Shown piece after piece: positions 15,826 to 24,289 of a DNA stretch of 64,000 nucleotides. Within the stretch, counting starts at the first letter, position 1, and each line of letters starts with the position of its first letter. The position numbers and the translations under genes are program-made. The notes beneath the pieces were generated by a model, which saw only the letters and a program-made list of their open reading frames with translations, made no database searches and was not told where the DNA came from. The DNA is from a virus (Duplodnaviria; Caudoviricetes): positions 19,143 to 83,142 of the IMG/VR virus record IMGVR_UViG_3300013281_000008; one strand, given 5' to 3'.

Positions 15826-16281
15826 CTATTTTACCTCCAGTTCGTAAGTTATTTCCATATCGTCCATATTAGTTTCCAAGAATCCAAGTTTCTCATGAAG
15901 ATGTATGGATTTCACATTGTCGTGCTTTACGTAAGCTATAATTTTCTTGATGCCTAAATTTTTAGCCTCTTTTAAAGCTAAATCCAACATATCATTAGCT
16001 AAGCCTTTTCCTCTAAAATCTTTATCCAAGTGAAAGCCCCAGATCTTAACGTCTGGATCATCTGACTTAATATCGTTCCTAAACTCAACGAATCCTATAA
16101 TCTGATTAGATTCTCCGTCAATATAACAAAGCTTAGGATAATCAGTATGTTTAAAGATTCCCACATGCTCAGCCCAAGTAATAGGGGCTTTAGCCTGAGC
16201 GAAGTAGCAAACCTCCTGATCATTTCTAAGCCGAAATGTATCTTTCAGGTCGCCTTTAGCCATTTTTCTTAGATAATTCAT
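15826..16281 (-). CDS. GNAT N-acetyltransferase (RimJ/PseH-like)
   Basis: LRNDQEV...ITWAEH; FRGKGLA acetyl-CoA motif A; NVKSIHLHEKLGF motif B. Confidence 0.88.
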   Translation of the reverse strand: MNYLRKMAKGDLKDTFRLRNDQEVCYFAQAKAPITWAEHVGIFKHTDYPKLCYIDGESNQIIGFVEFRNDIKSDDPDVKIWGFHLDKDFRGKGLANDMLDLALKEAKNLGIKKIIAYVKHDNVKSIHLHEKLGFLETNMDDMEITYELEVK

Positions 16282-16433
16282 AGAATTTTATTAAAAATCC
16301 AAATAATTAATTCAACGGCTATATCGGCAAATAATATAGCTGTAAATAAGGATAGCCATTCTAATATGGCTTTTTTTCGTTTCTTGGAAGTTTTAACCAA
16401 TTTCTTGGGCTTAAATTTTAAAACAGTTGCCAT
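16278..16433 (-). CDS. Small basic membrane peptide (51 aa; not in the ORF track)
   Basis: MATVLKFKPKK...LFTAILFADIAVELIIWIF; ATGA-coupled to the GNAT. Confidence 0.55.
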   Translation of the reverse strand: MATVLKFKPKKLVKTSKKRKKAILEWLSLFTAILFADIAVELIIWIFNKIL

Positions 16434-16575
16434 ACTTTGCTATTCTTCCGGAAATAATAACCAATATAAAAGAGACCGTTCTAATACATATTCTATTGCT
16501 TCTTCGGAATAATTATAATATTCCAGAAAACTATTAGCCCACTTACAATAATTCACATTAATACCTTCGCACATA

Positions 16576-16941
16576 TTAAAAATGAATAAAAAAGCTTAGT
16601 TCGCTATTTAGGTGACTATAGATTTGCTTGCCCTTTTTCCCAAGAGATTTCGAGCGTTTTTTAGCCTCTTTAATAATATCTTCTAGTTCTTCAATATGAA
16701 CATCCACCGAGACGTGGGGTGTTCCGGTTTTCTTATTAATTTTAGTATAGGAAGTCCTAGAAATATTCTTCTTATCTTTTAGAATATATTCTGCGTCATT
16801 TGGAAGCTCTTTACCCCGCCTATCGTGCAGAATGTAGTACCCATCTTCCATGTCAAGAAACTTAAACTTTCCCAGTTTCTTCTTTCCAGACATTTTCCAA
16901 TAAATATTTTGGAATTGTTTTACTAGATCTTTCATTCCCAT
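16576..16941 (-). CDS. hypothetical basic protein
   Basis: 121-aa ORF. Confidence 0.6.
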   Translation of the reverse strand: MGMKDLVKQFQNIYWKMSGKKKLGKFKFLDMEDGYYILHDRRGKELPNDAEYILKDKKNISRTSYTKINKKTGTPHVSVDVHIEELEDIIKEAKKRSKSLGKKGKQIYSHLNSELSFFIHF

Positions 16942-17123
16942 TCCTTGAATTTCTTTAAAACTTTATCTTCATAGGGACGAATGGGAGTTGCTTTCTCGTA
17001 TTCTTCAAGCGCTTCTGCCATTTCCTTAATTAGTGATAAAGCTTGATCTATATCCATTCCGAGCTGTCCGCGAAAGGACTCTGTGTTCTTAGAAAGCCGT
17101 TCATATCCGTTAGGGAGTTTCAT
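16932..17123 (-). CDS. hypothetical protein
   Basis: 63-aa ORF, coupled. Confidence 0.55.
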   Translation of the reverse strand: MKLPNGYERLSKNTESFRGQLGMDIDQALSLIKEMAEALEEYEKATPIRPYEDKVLKKFKEWE

Positions 17124-17401
17124 TACATCATTCCTGCTTTTTGTGCTAAAGTCTTAACTATGTGGTTGATATCATTCTGATTTAGAACAAATCGTTCAAA
17201 TAATGTTCGAACTTCTTGTGATCTAAGAATCTCGTCTTGGATTCTTTTAGACATTAGATTGAAATCAGCATCAGATTGTTCATAACGCGCCAAATTACTT
17301 TCTAGTTTCTCAATCCGGGTCTTTAGATCCGCAACCAGATCTTGCAACTCTCCGAGTTTATTACAATGCATTATTATTCTCCGTATCTTCCGACTTAGCA
17401 T
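17123..17401 (-). CDS. hypothetical coiled-coil protein
   Basis: 92-aa ORF with a heptad pattern. Confidence 0.6.
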   Translation of the reverse strand: MLSRKIRRIIMHCNKLGELQDLVADLKTRIEKLESNLARYEQSDADFNLMSKRIQDEILRSQEVRTLFERFVLNQNDINHIVKTLAQKAGMM

Positions 17402-17546
17402 TAATAATTACTTGAGTTCTACCAGTATCGGGATTCTTAATTAGTTGAAATAACTGAACTTTCTCTTCAATCCAAAAACCTTGCGAGTCTTTATAACGAA
17501 GATAATCTTCATTATCTTTTCTCGTTACAATCATCTGATAGCTCAT
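17361..17546 (-). CDS. hypothetical protein
   Basis: 61-aa ORF. Confidence 0.55.
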   Translation of the reverse strand: MSYQMIVTRKDNEDYLRYKDSQGFWIEEKVQLFQLIKNPDTGRTQVIINAKSEDTENNNAL

Positions 17547-17547
17547 A

Positions 17548-17766
17548 TTAATTACCAGAAGCGGCTTGCAATTCAGAAGTCGTTGAGTTCAACGTAGCGA
17601 CATTGCCGACTAGACGGCCTTTAACAACAATCACGTTAAGACCTTTAGCCGTCAGATCTTGAACAGTAGTTGCCAATTCAGCTTCCCCGCGCACTTCTCG
17701 CGCAACTGGAGAATTACCATTAACCGTAACAACTGTGAAATAAATACTACCCTTCGTTCGTGCCAT
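17548..17766 (-). CDS. hypothetical protein
   Basis: 72-aa ORF with SD AGGAG. Confidence 0.7.
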   Translation of the reverse strand: MARTKGSIYFTVVTVNGNSPVAREVRGEAELATTVQDLTAKGLNVIVVKGRLVGNVATLNSTTSELQAASGN

Positions 17767-17836
17767 ATAAAAACTCCTATATAAAATTAATAATAAAATA
17801 CTATTAATTGGAGTTTATAATAATTATGAAATTAAG

Positions 17837-18151
17837 TCAAGCAGTCTTTTGCTTTTGTCTGGAAGATTTGACTTTTGGAAGCTTTTCAATCTTCTTCTCA
17901 AGGAAGTCGTAGCTAAGTCCTTGATCTGACAGCTCTTTTTGATGACGACGGATATGTTCTACAAAAGACTTATATTGAGGATCAGAAGTCTCAATAATGC
18001 CCTTGTTTAAACAATCCATCAGATGTAGAGTATGACTTTCGATATGAGATGCGTGATCATCCAAAGGACAATAGGAGACGTGATTACCGCGAACGGTGGT
18101 AATATTCTCCTTTCTAGCCCTAGCGAACGTTATTTGAATAATCTTTTGCAT
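17837..18151 (-). CDS. hypothetical protein
   Basis: 104-aa ORF. Confidence 0.55.
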   Translation of the reverse strand: MQKIIQITFARARKENITTVRGNHVSYCPLDDHASHIESHTLHLMDCLNKGIIETSDPQYKSFVEHIRRHQKELSDQGLSYDFLEKKIEKLPKVKSSRQKQKTA

Positions 18152-18317
18152 CTAAAATACTTATTAGATTTCCACTAGTTGAAGCAATCCGCTCTTCAAA
18201 ATAATGTCCATTATCACATTTATAAGAATGGAATATAATCTTTTGTTCTGGTATATTATCGACTTCCCAGCTAATAACTAAATGAACAGGTTTATCGCAA
18301 TGTCTACAACCATACAT
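18120..18317 (-). CDS. Small Zn-ribbon-like protein
   Basis: CRHC ... CDNGH. Confidence 0.6.
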   Translation of the reverse strand: MYGCRHCDKPVHLVISWEVDNIPEQKIIFHSYKCDNGHYFEERIASTSGNLISILDAKDYSNNVR

Positions 18318-18325
18318 ATATAACG

Positions 18326-18354
18326 AGTCTAGCAGAATCCTTTATTCTTAGCAA
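18326..18354 (-). promoter_or_regulatory. Sigma70-type promoter TTGCTA-N17-TAGACT driving the leftward block
   Basis: Correct spacing; lies at the strand switch, 8 nt before the ATG at 18317. Confidence 0.6.
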
Positions 18355-18362
18355 GTAATTAT

Positions 18363-18378
18363 TAATAAGTATTTATAG
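18363..18378 (+). promoter_or_regulatory. Late-promoter-like motif TAATAAGTATTTATAG
   Basis: At the start of the plus-strand structural block. Confidence 0.7.
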
Positions 18379-18395
18379 ACACTTAGAGAGGATTT

Positions 18396-18665
18396 ATGGC
18401 AGATTACGGAGATCAGTCAGATACACTTGACGAAGGGCAGATATTTAGGGCTATCTATGATAAGCCTAAAGTCGCCATTCGTACTCTAGCTTTTAATTCC
18501 CTAGTTCCTGAAGATTATGATGAAATTACTTTAGCGTATATAACGTCGGGTAACGGTACTGGAGAAATAGGAACTGTTTTATATAAAAAGGCTTCAGTAA
18601 CTGTTGCTGCCTTATCTTTAACCTATGATAGTTCAAATCGTCTAATCGATGTATTAAGAGTTTAA
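18396..18665 (+). CDS. Small virion-associated protein
   Basis: First gene of the late block; LTYDSSNRLIDV-type beta motif. Confidence 0.65.
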   Translation: MADYGDQSDTLDEGQIFRAIYDKPKVAIRTLAFNSLVPEDYDEITLAYITSGNGTGEIGTVLYKKASVTVAALSLTYDSSNRLIDVLRV

Positions 18666-18666
18666 T

Positions 18667-18879
18667 ATGGCATTAAAAATAGTATTTAATCCATTTACTA
18701 ATAATTTTGATTTCGTCGATGATACCGGAAGTGTAAGCTCTGATAATGTTTTAATTAAAAGAGCTATTACACAAGACTTTACCATTCCAAGTGGTTATAC
18801 AATGCTGGGGAGAGACACTGTTATTGATTCTGGAATTACTTTAACAATCGACACCGATGGTGAACTATTAGAATTATAA
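18667..18879 (+). CDS. Small virion-associated protein
   Basis: FNPFTNNFD and TIPSGYTML...TIDTDG patterns typical of fibre-associated proteins. Confidence 0.6.
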   Translation: MALKIVFNPFTNNFDFVDDTGSVSSDNVLIKRAITQDFTIPSGYTMLGRDTVIDSGITLTIDTDGELLEL

Positions 18880-18888
18880 GGATTTAAT

Positions 18889-20445
18889 ATGTCTAAAATT
18901 AATCTAAAAGAAGGAAATTCACCATCAACACCCCCAAGTGGCGAAGTCTCCGTGTATGTAAAAACTGATAAAGAACTTTATATTAAAAATGATTTAGGTG
19001 TTGAAACACCACTCACTAATGATAACGAAGTTAAGGTTTCGGCGACTGATACAACTTCTGATTTCTTAAATCCTAAAATTACAGCAGGAACGGGCATCAG
19101 TAAAACAATATTAAATCCAGCAGCTAATGAACAATTAGAATTAAGTGTAAACGAAGCAGCTCTCACATTAGATAATATTGGAGGCACTTTAAGTATTTCT
19201 AAAGGCGGTACTGGTCAAACGTCGGCGCTTGCTGCTTTTGACGCTCTTTCTCCTTTAACAACTAAAGGTGATATTTTATCTAGAGACAATACTAATAATG
19301 TTCGAGTTCCAGTTGGTACAGATGGGCAGATTTTAACAGCAGATAGCGGACAACCATCTGGACTTAATTGGACAACCGCAGGAGCCGGAAGCGTAACTTC
19401 TGTCGCAATGACTGTTCCTTCTTTTCTCTCAGTTGCTGGAAGTCCTATTACATCCAGTGGAACTTTAGCTGTTTCTCTCGTTTCTCAAACCCAAAATCTA
19501 GTATTTGCTTCCCCAGATGGCGCTCCTGGAAATCCAACATTTAGAGCCCTTCTTAATAATGATCTTCCTACTGTTTCAATAGCTAAGGGTGGTACTGGTC
19601 AGACGACTCAGACGGCTGCATTTAATGCGCTTTCACCAAACACAACAAAGGGAGATGTAATTGTTCATAATGGAACGAATAATGTTCGACAGGCCGTTGG
19701 TACAAATGGGCAAGTATTAGTTGCTGATAGTACTCAAACAACCGGAGTGAGATGGGGAAATTCTTTTGAACCAGCTAATGAAACTAGCTTTTTTGACGAA
19801 TTCATTGGTTCAGATCAAGTAAGTTTAGCAGCTGCTGCTAGAGAGATTTCTAGAGGATGGCGAGTAGACAATCCAGGTGGAGCGTCAACGACTAATTATT
19901 CCTCAGCAGTTTTAAGTGGAAATCATCCTGGTATAATTATTGTTACTAGTGGTTCTGCGGGTGGAAATTATTGTAATCTTTCTTTAGCAAGCAACGTTGC
20001 ATTGGTATTAGGTGGTGGTCAAATACAATTTGAATTTCTTATTCATATACCAGTTCTTTCTAACGCAACTAATGAATACATTCAACGTTGGGGGTTTGGC
20101 GATACATCAGGTGCAAATCAAGCAAATGGTGTTTATTTTTCATACGATAGAGCATCTAGTGGTAACTTCTTTAGAATTGTTACAGCAAATGCTAGCACTA
20201 GAACAACAACTGTTACAGGGACTGCGGTTGCTGCGGGGACTTGGTATAAATTAAGAGCAGTTATTAACGCAGCTGGAACTAGCGTTGAATATTTTATTAA
20301 TGGGATATCTGTTGGTACAATCGCGACAAATATTCCAACACTTCCAATAAGTCCATTTATGCATTCTATTAGAAGTGCTGGCGGTCCGAGTTCGTTTTAT
20401 ATTGATTATTTTTATATGCAACAAACATTTACAACTCCGAGATAA
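18889..20445 (+). CDS. Tail fibre/spike-like protein with a C-terminal lectin-like domain
   Basis: Duplicated ISKGGTGQT...AAFxALSPxTTKGD...RxxVGTxGQ module; Gly/Thr/Ser-rich; beta-rich C-terminus. Confidence 0.75.
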   Translation: MSKINLKEGNSPSTPPSGEVSVYVKTDKELYIKNDLGVETPLTNDNEVKVSATDTTSDFLNPKITAGTGISKTILNPAANEQLELSVNEAALTLDNIGGTLSISKGGTGQTSALAAFDALSPLTTKGDILSRDNTNNVRVPVGTDGQILTADSGQPSGLNWTTAGAGSVTSVAMTVPSFLSVAGSPITSSGTLAVSLVSQTQNLVFASPDGAPGNPTFRALLNNDLPTVSIAKGGTGQTTQTAAFNALSPNTTKGDVIVHNGTNNVRQAVGTNGQVLVADSTQTTGVRWGNSFEPANETSFFDEFIGSDQVSLAAAAREISRGWRVDNPGGASTTNYSSAVLSGNHPGIIIVTSGSAGGNYCNLSLASNVALVLGGGQIQFEFLIHIPVLSNATNEYIQRWGFGDTSGANQANGVYFSYDRASSGNFFRIVTANASTRTTTVTGTAVAAGTWYKLRAVINAAGTSVEYFINGISVGTIATNIPTLPISPFMHSIRSAGGPSSFYIDYFYMQQTFTTPR

Positions 20446-20448
20446 TCA

Positions 20449-20967
20449 ATGTACGCTGTTAGATTATATAAATCGGTTCTAGATAAACCGATTGGCATAC
20501 CAGACGAATGGCCTGCTGAAGTTGCAGATATAGGAGAAGCTTTAGAACTTCCTCCTGAATATTTAGCATCTAAAGGTTGGATGCTAATGTCTCAAGAGGA
20601 CCTTGATACCCAAAAGGCAACTAATAGAGCTAAGTATAATAATTGGTTTAATGACTATAAGAAATTATCTAATAAAACAGTTCCAATTCAAACTATTGTA
20701 GAGCGTAAAATAATTAATGCCCAAGTTTTTGGTAATTCTATTATATTAGAATTTGCAGCTGAGAATGTTCTACTTGGATATGATTTAACAGATATTAAAA
20801 ATATTATAGTCTTAACGTCTAAAGTTCTAGCTGCACTTCAAACCGGGAGTCTTTATGTCGCATTGGATGAATTAGAGTTGGTTGAAGAAAATGCTTATAT
20901 TTCCCAAGAACGAAAGACTAAATATCGTAACAAACTTCAATCTTATTTAGGAATTCCTTTAACATAA
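20449..20967 (+). CDS. Hypothetical late protein (possible fibre assembly chaperone)
   Basis: Directly downstream of a fibre gene. Confidence 0.6.
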   Translation: MYAVRLYKSVLDKPIGIPDEWPAEVADIGEALELPPEYLASKGWMLMSQEDLDTQKATNRAKYNNWFNDYKKLSNKTVPIQTIVERKIINAQVFGNSIILEFAAENVLLGYDLTDIKNIIVLTSKVLAALQTGSLYVALDELELVEENAYISQERKTKYRNKLQSYLGIPLT

Positions 20968-20968
20968 T

Positions 20969-21481
20969 ATGAAAACAATATATATTGGATTTTCTAAACC
21001 TAAATCGTGGTTTGTTCCACTTTCTTGGGCTATTCGTAAGATTGAAGGAGTCCCTTTCTCCCATGTATATATTCGATTTAAATCAGATTCGTTAGATCGG
21101 GATATTATTTATCATGCCAGTAAAACTATGGTCCATTTTATGGGCAAAGAACGGTTTGATAAAGAAGCTATAATTGTTGAAGAATATGAGTTTAAAATTC
21201 CAGATGCTATTTATAAACACATGTTACAATATGCTATAGATAAGGCCGGTATTTCATATGGGTCAATTGCATTAATTGGCTTAGGATTTGTTAAATTAGC
21301 CCGTTTTTTCGGGTTTAAAATAAGAAATCCCTTTAGTGATAAAGACGGATCTTATATATGCTTGGAACTTATAGGTAGCTTATTGTGGTATTCTGGTGCA
21401 ATAGATGAGATTCAAGAGCTTGAATCTATTGGTCTTTTAGAATTTAATGATATCATAAAAGACATCCAAATCGATTTTTAA
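20969..21481 (+). CDS. Permuted papain-like (NlpC/P60, YiiX-like) amidase
   Basis: FSHVYI His motif precedes YICLELIG Cys motif (circularly permuted order). Confidence 0.65.
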   Translation: MKTIYIGFSKPKSWFVPLSWAIRKIEGVPFSHVYIRFKSDSLDRDIIYHASKTMVHFMGKERFDKEAIIVEEYEFKIPDAIYKHMLQYAIDKAGISYGSIALIGLGFVKLARFFGFKIRNPFSDKDGSYICLELIGSLLWYSGAIDEIQELESIGLLEFNDIIKDIQIDF

Positions 21482-21494
21482 TAAGTATTTATAG
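21479..21494 (+). promoter_or_regulatory. Late-promoter-like motif TAATAAGTATTTATAG
   Basis: Exact repeat, upstream of the terminase operon. Confidence 0.7.
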
Positions 21495-21563
21495 AGACAG
21501 GTTTACCTAAAAAGATAACCTGACTAATAACTATCGCGTTGCGACGTTAGAAGGAGTACTTAA

Positions 21564-21827
21564 ATGTCCAATAAAATTGTCACCTATACTGCCGAAGAAC
21601 AACAAGATCTTACATCTCTAGCTGGAACTGAACGAGTACTTAAGAATACTCTTTCTCTTCTTCAAAATGGTATGTTTGTCGGAAATGCATCTTTGGCTGT
21701 TTTGGAATGTTCTCAATTTGTCGAATCGCTCGTCAAACAAACGACTGAGCAACGCGAGCGTATTGAAAAGGCAGCTAAAGCTCGTTCTGAAGCGTCAGAA
21801 GAGCCGAAGCTCGCTAAGGCTAATTAA
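21564..21827 (+). CDS. hypothetical protein
   Basis: SD AAGGAG; 87 aa. Confidence 0.7.
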   Translation: MSNKIVTYTAEEQQDLTSLAGTERVLKNTLSLLQNGMFVGNASLAVLECSQFVESLVKQTTEQRERIEKAAKARSEASEEPKLAKAN

Positions 21828-22030
21828 TGGAAACAATCGCTGATATATTTATAGCAATAGCTTTAATTATTGTTACTGCTTCTTGCGTTTTCTTTATTAT
21901 CGGCGATTTAAGGAGACCAACTAAATGGCAATCAAGAAACGCCCGACGAAACAAGAACAATCTAATTTACCTCAACAACCATCGAAAGAGCCAAAAGCCC
22001 CAGCAGAATCAAACTTTGAAGCCCCAGTAA
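21827..22030 (+). CDS. Possible small membrane protein (overlaps the next gene by about 100 nt)
   Basis: TAATG-coupled with an N-terminal TM helix; the long overlap lowers confidence. Confidence 0.4.
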   Translation: METIADIFIAIALIIVTASCVFFIIGDLRRPTKWQSRNARRNKNNLIYLNNHRKSQKPQQNQTLKPQ

Positions 22031-22197
22031 TCGAATCATATACTTTGGTTCGACGAGGTGGCGGATGGTCCGTTGCTGCGATTAAAACTCAAGGCGACAA
22101 AGTTCTTTCCACTGAGTATTCTGAGCCAGATCTTAAAAATGTTGCAAAAGAACGATTTGCTGTTACTTTTTCGCAAAAAGTATTGATGAAAGATTAA
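21925..22197 (+). CDS. hypothetical protein
   Basis: SD AGGAG; 90 aa. Confidence 0.7.
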   Translation: MAIKKRPTKQEQSNLPQQPSKEPKAPAESNFEAPVIESYTLVRRGGGWSVAAIKTQGDKVLSTEYSEPDLKNVAKERFAVTFSQKVLMKD

Positions 22198-22198
22198 C

Positions 22199-22510
22199 AT
22201 GAAAGCTTATCTTTTTAAGGCGGCAGACTTTTTCCGACTAATTGATGAAACCAATAAGGTTTCCATTACCAATGTAGCAGTTTGGGTTGTGCTCGTTAAG
22301 ATAGCTACCACCCAAGACTTCAATTTGGTAGACGCTGGAGCCCTTTTTGTGTCTCTTCTCAATTATTCCGGTAAAAAGCTCATGAGAAAGATCAAAGATC
22401 CTTCGGAAAAGAAAGAAGATGTTTCTAAGTATGAAGAAAAGCTGAAGGAGCTTCAAGATAAAGTTAATTCCGTTATGGTTACCTCTGGAATTAAACGCAC
22501 GGTCTTGTAA
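22199..22510 (+). CDS. Small two-TM membrane protein with coiled-coil tail (holin-like topology)
   Basis: Two hydrophobic segments, charged C-terminus. Confidence 0.5.
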   Translation: MKAYLFKAADFFRLIDETNKVSITNVAVWVVLVKIATTQDFNLVDAGALFVSLLNYSGKKLMRKIKDPSEKKEDVSKYEEKLKELQDKVNSVMVTSGIKRTVL

Positions 22511-22752
22511 TGTCTCAGCTTAAATCCATGATTGAGTCTATTCTTATAACCGAAATTAAGCGGTTATACGAAATGGCAGCAACTCCGACCGGACTTACTA
22601 ATGAAGAGACTAAGAAATTAGAAACGTTCTGTAAGATTCTTCATATTTTCGATGATCTTCACGACACGCCTAAAAAGTCTAAGCCAATACAAGCGTCAAT
22701 GGAAGAACTAATACGTTTAGCTAAGACGCCTACGGATAAAGATGTCAAATAA
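22510..22752 (+). CDS. Possible terminase small subunit
   Basis: Position directly before terL; helical; ends in SMEELIRLAK. Confidence 0.45.
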   Translation: MSQLKSMIESILITEIKRLYEMAATPTGLTNEETKKLETFCKILHIFDDLHDTPKKSKPIQASMEELIRLAKTPTDKDVK

Positions 22753-24265
22753 TGATGACATTGTATATCTTCAGCCGGAAGATAATGATGGGCAACCTGA
22801 AACGCCCATTCAATTAACTCCAGAAGGGGCTAGGGCTTATCTTTGGACAACTGGAAGCTTAGATTGGAAGCTTTATGATTCCCAAAAAGAGATATATAAC
22901 GTTTGGCGTGATTATACAGGGCAGAAGTTTATCCTTAACTGTTCAAGGCGTTTTGGCAAATCATTCATGTTGTGTTTAATCGCAATTGAATATGCACTTA
23001 AACACCCTAAAAGTCGTATTTGCTACGCAGCCCCCACGGCAAAGATGGTTAAGAAGATTATTGCTCCGATCTTCAAGGATATTCTTGAGGATTGTCCTAG
23101 AGAACTAAGACCGGTTTGGAAAGCTCAGGATCAAATCTACCTTTTTCATAACCAATCAGAAATCCATATAGCAGGTACTGACGCTGAACGCGCCGAAGCG
23201 CTTCGAGGTCAGTCTATGCATCTTGGTATTGTAGATGAAGCTGGGTTTATGAGCCAAATGGACTACGTGGTGTCTGACATTCTTATGCCCCAGACACTTA
23301 CAACGGATGGTAAAATCATTATCGCTTCCACTCCACCTAAAACACCGGCTCACGACTTCACCCAGTATGCCATTGACGCCGCCATACGTGGAAATTATAT
23401 CAAACGGACCATTTATGACAATCATACCTTGTCAAAAACACGTATAATTCGAACCATGATGGAAACTCAGCCTTCTTTAACTAAAGAACAGGCTGAAGAA
23501 TACTATATGCAACGCTCTGGGCCTAAAAACTCCACCTGGCTCAGAGAATATATGGCTGAATTTGTCACAGATGAAGCCTATTCTGTCATACCAGAGTTTA
23601 CTGAAGAATGGTCTAAGGAATTAGTCCAAGAATGTAATAAACCCCCATTTTTCGACTGTTATGTCAGTATGGACGTCGGATATAATGATTTTACCGCCGT
23701 TTTGTTTGGATATTGGGACTTTTTCGAAGCTAAGCTTATTATCGAAGACGAAATAGTCATGAATCGCATGACTTCTGCAACTTTAGCTAACGAAATTAAG
23801 AATAAAGAGCTATTCCTATGGAATGGTAAGAAACCATACGTTAGAGTCTCCGATACTGATCTAATTGTGCTCTCAGATCTCCAACGAACCCATGGAGTTA
23901 ATTTCGTCCCAACCCCCAAGGACAATAAAGAAGCGGCCATCAACAAAGTTCGTATGATGATTGCCGATAAGAAGATATTAATTAATCCACGATGTAAGAA
24001 TCTTATTAATCATCTTAAATTTGCAGTTTGGAATAAGCAAAAAACCCAGTTCGAACGGTCTGGAGACTATGGTCACTTTGACCTTGTGGATGCCCTTGTT
24101 TATATGGTGCGGAATATACAAACTAATAGAAATCCTGTCCCCCCTGGACATGGTTTAAATATAGCTACTCAGTTTGTTCCACCCCAAACCAAGAAATCTT
24201 ACTCAGAAATCCAGATGGGTAAGCTTTTAAATTTAAAGAAGTATTTCAAAGACTGGAATAAATAA
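22742..24265 (+). CDS. terL: Terminase large subunit
   Basis: SRRFGKS Walker A, LRGQSMHLGIVDEAG Walker B, ASTP coupling motif, MDVGYND and HFDLVDAL nuclease aspartates. Confidence 0.93.
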   Translation: MSNNDDIVYLQPEDNDGQPETPIQLTPEGARAYLWTTGSLDWKLYDSQKEIYNVWRDYTGQKFILNCSRRFGKSFMLCLIAIEYALKHPKSRICYAAPTAKMVKKIIAPIFKDILEDCPRELRPVWKAQDQIYLFHNQSEIHIAGTDAERAEALRGQSMHLGIVDEAGFMSQMDYVVSDILMPQTLTTDGKIIIASTPPKTPAHDFTQYAIDAAIRGNYIKRTIYDNHTLSKTRIIRTMMETQPSLTKEQAEEYYMQRSGPKNSTWLREYMAEFVTDEAYSVIPEFTEEWSKELVQECNKPPFFDCYVSMDVGYNDFTAVLFGYWDFFEAKLIIEDEIVMNRMTSATLANEIKNKELFLWNGKKPYVRVSDTDLIVLSDLQRTHGVNFVPTPKDNKEAAINKVRMMIADKKILINPRCKNLINHLKFAVWNKQKTQFERSGDYGHFDLVDALVYMVRNIQTNRNPVPPGHGLNIATQFVPPQTKKSYSEIQMGKLLNLKKYFKDWNK

Positions 24266-24266
24266 T

Positions 24267-24276
24267 TAATAAGTAT
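24267..24276 (+). promoter_or_regulatory. Late-promoter-like motif TAATAAGTAT
   Basis: Directly upstream of the portal SD/ATG. Confidence 0.6.
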
Positions 24277-24289
24277 ATTTGAGGTCAAT

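Noticed and set aside
1244-24265. Inteins in the helicase or terminase
   Set aside because: Both have normal lengths with contiguous motifs and no C/S...HN splice signatures.
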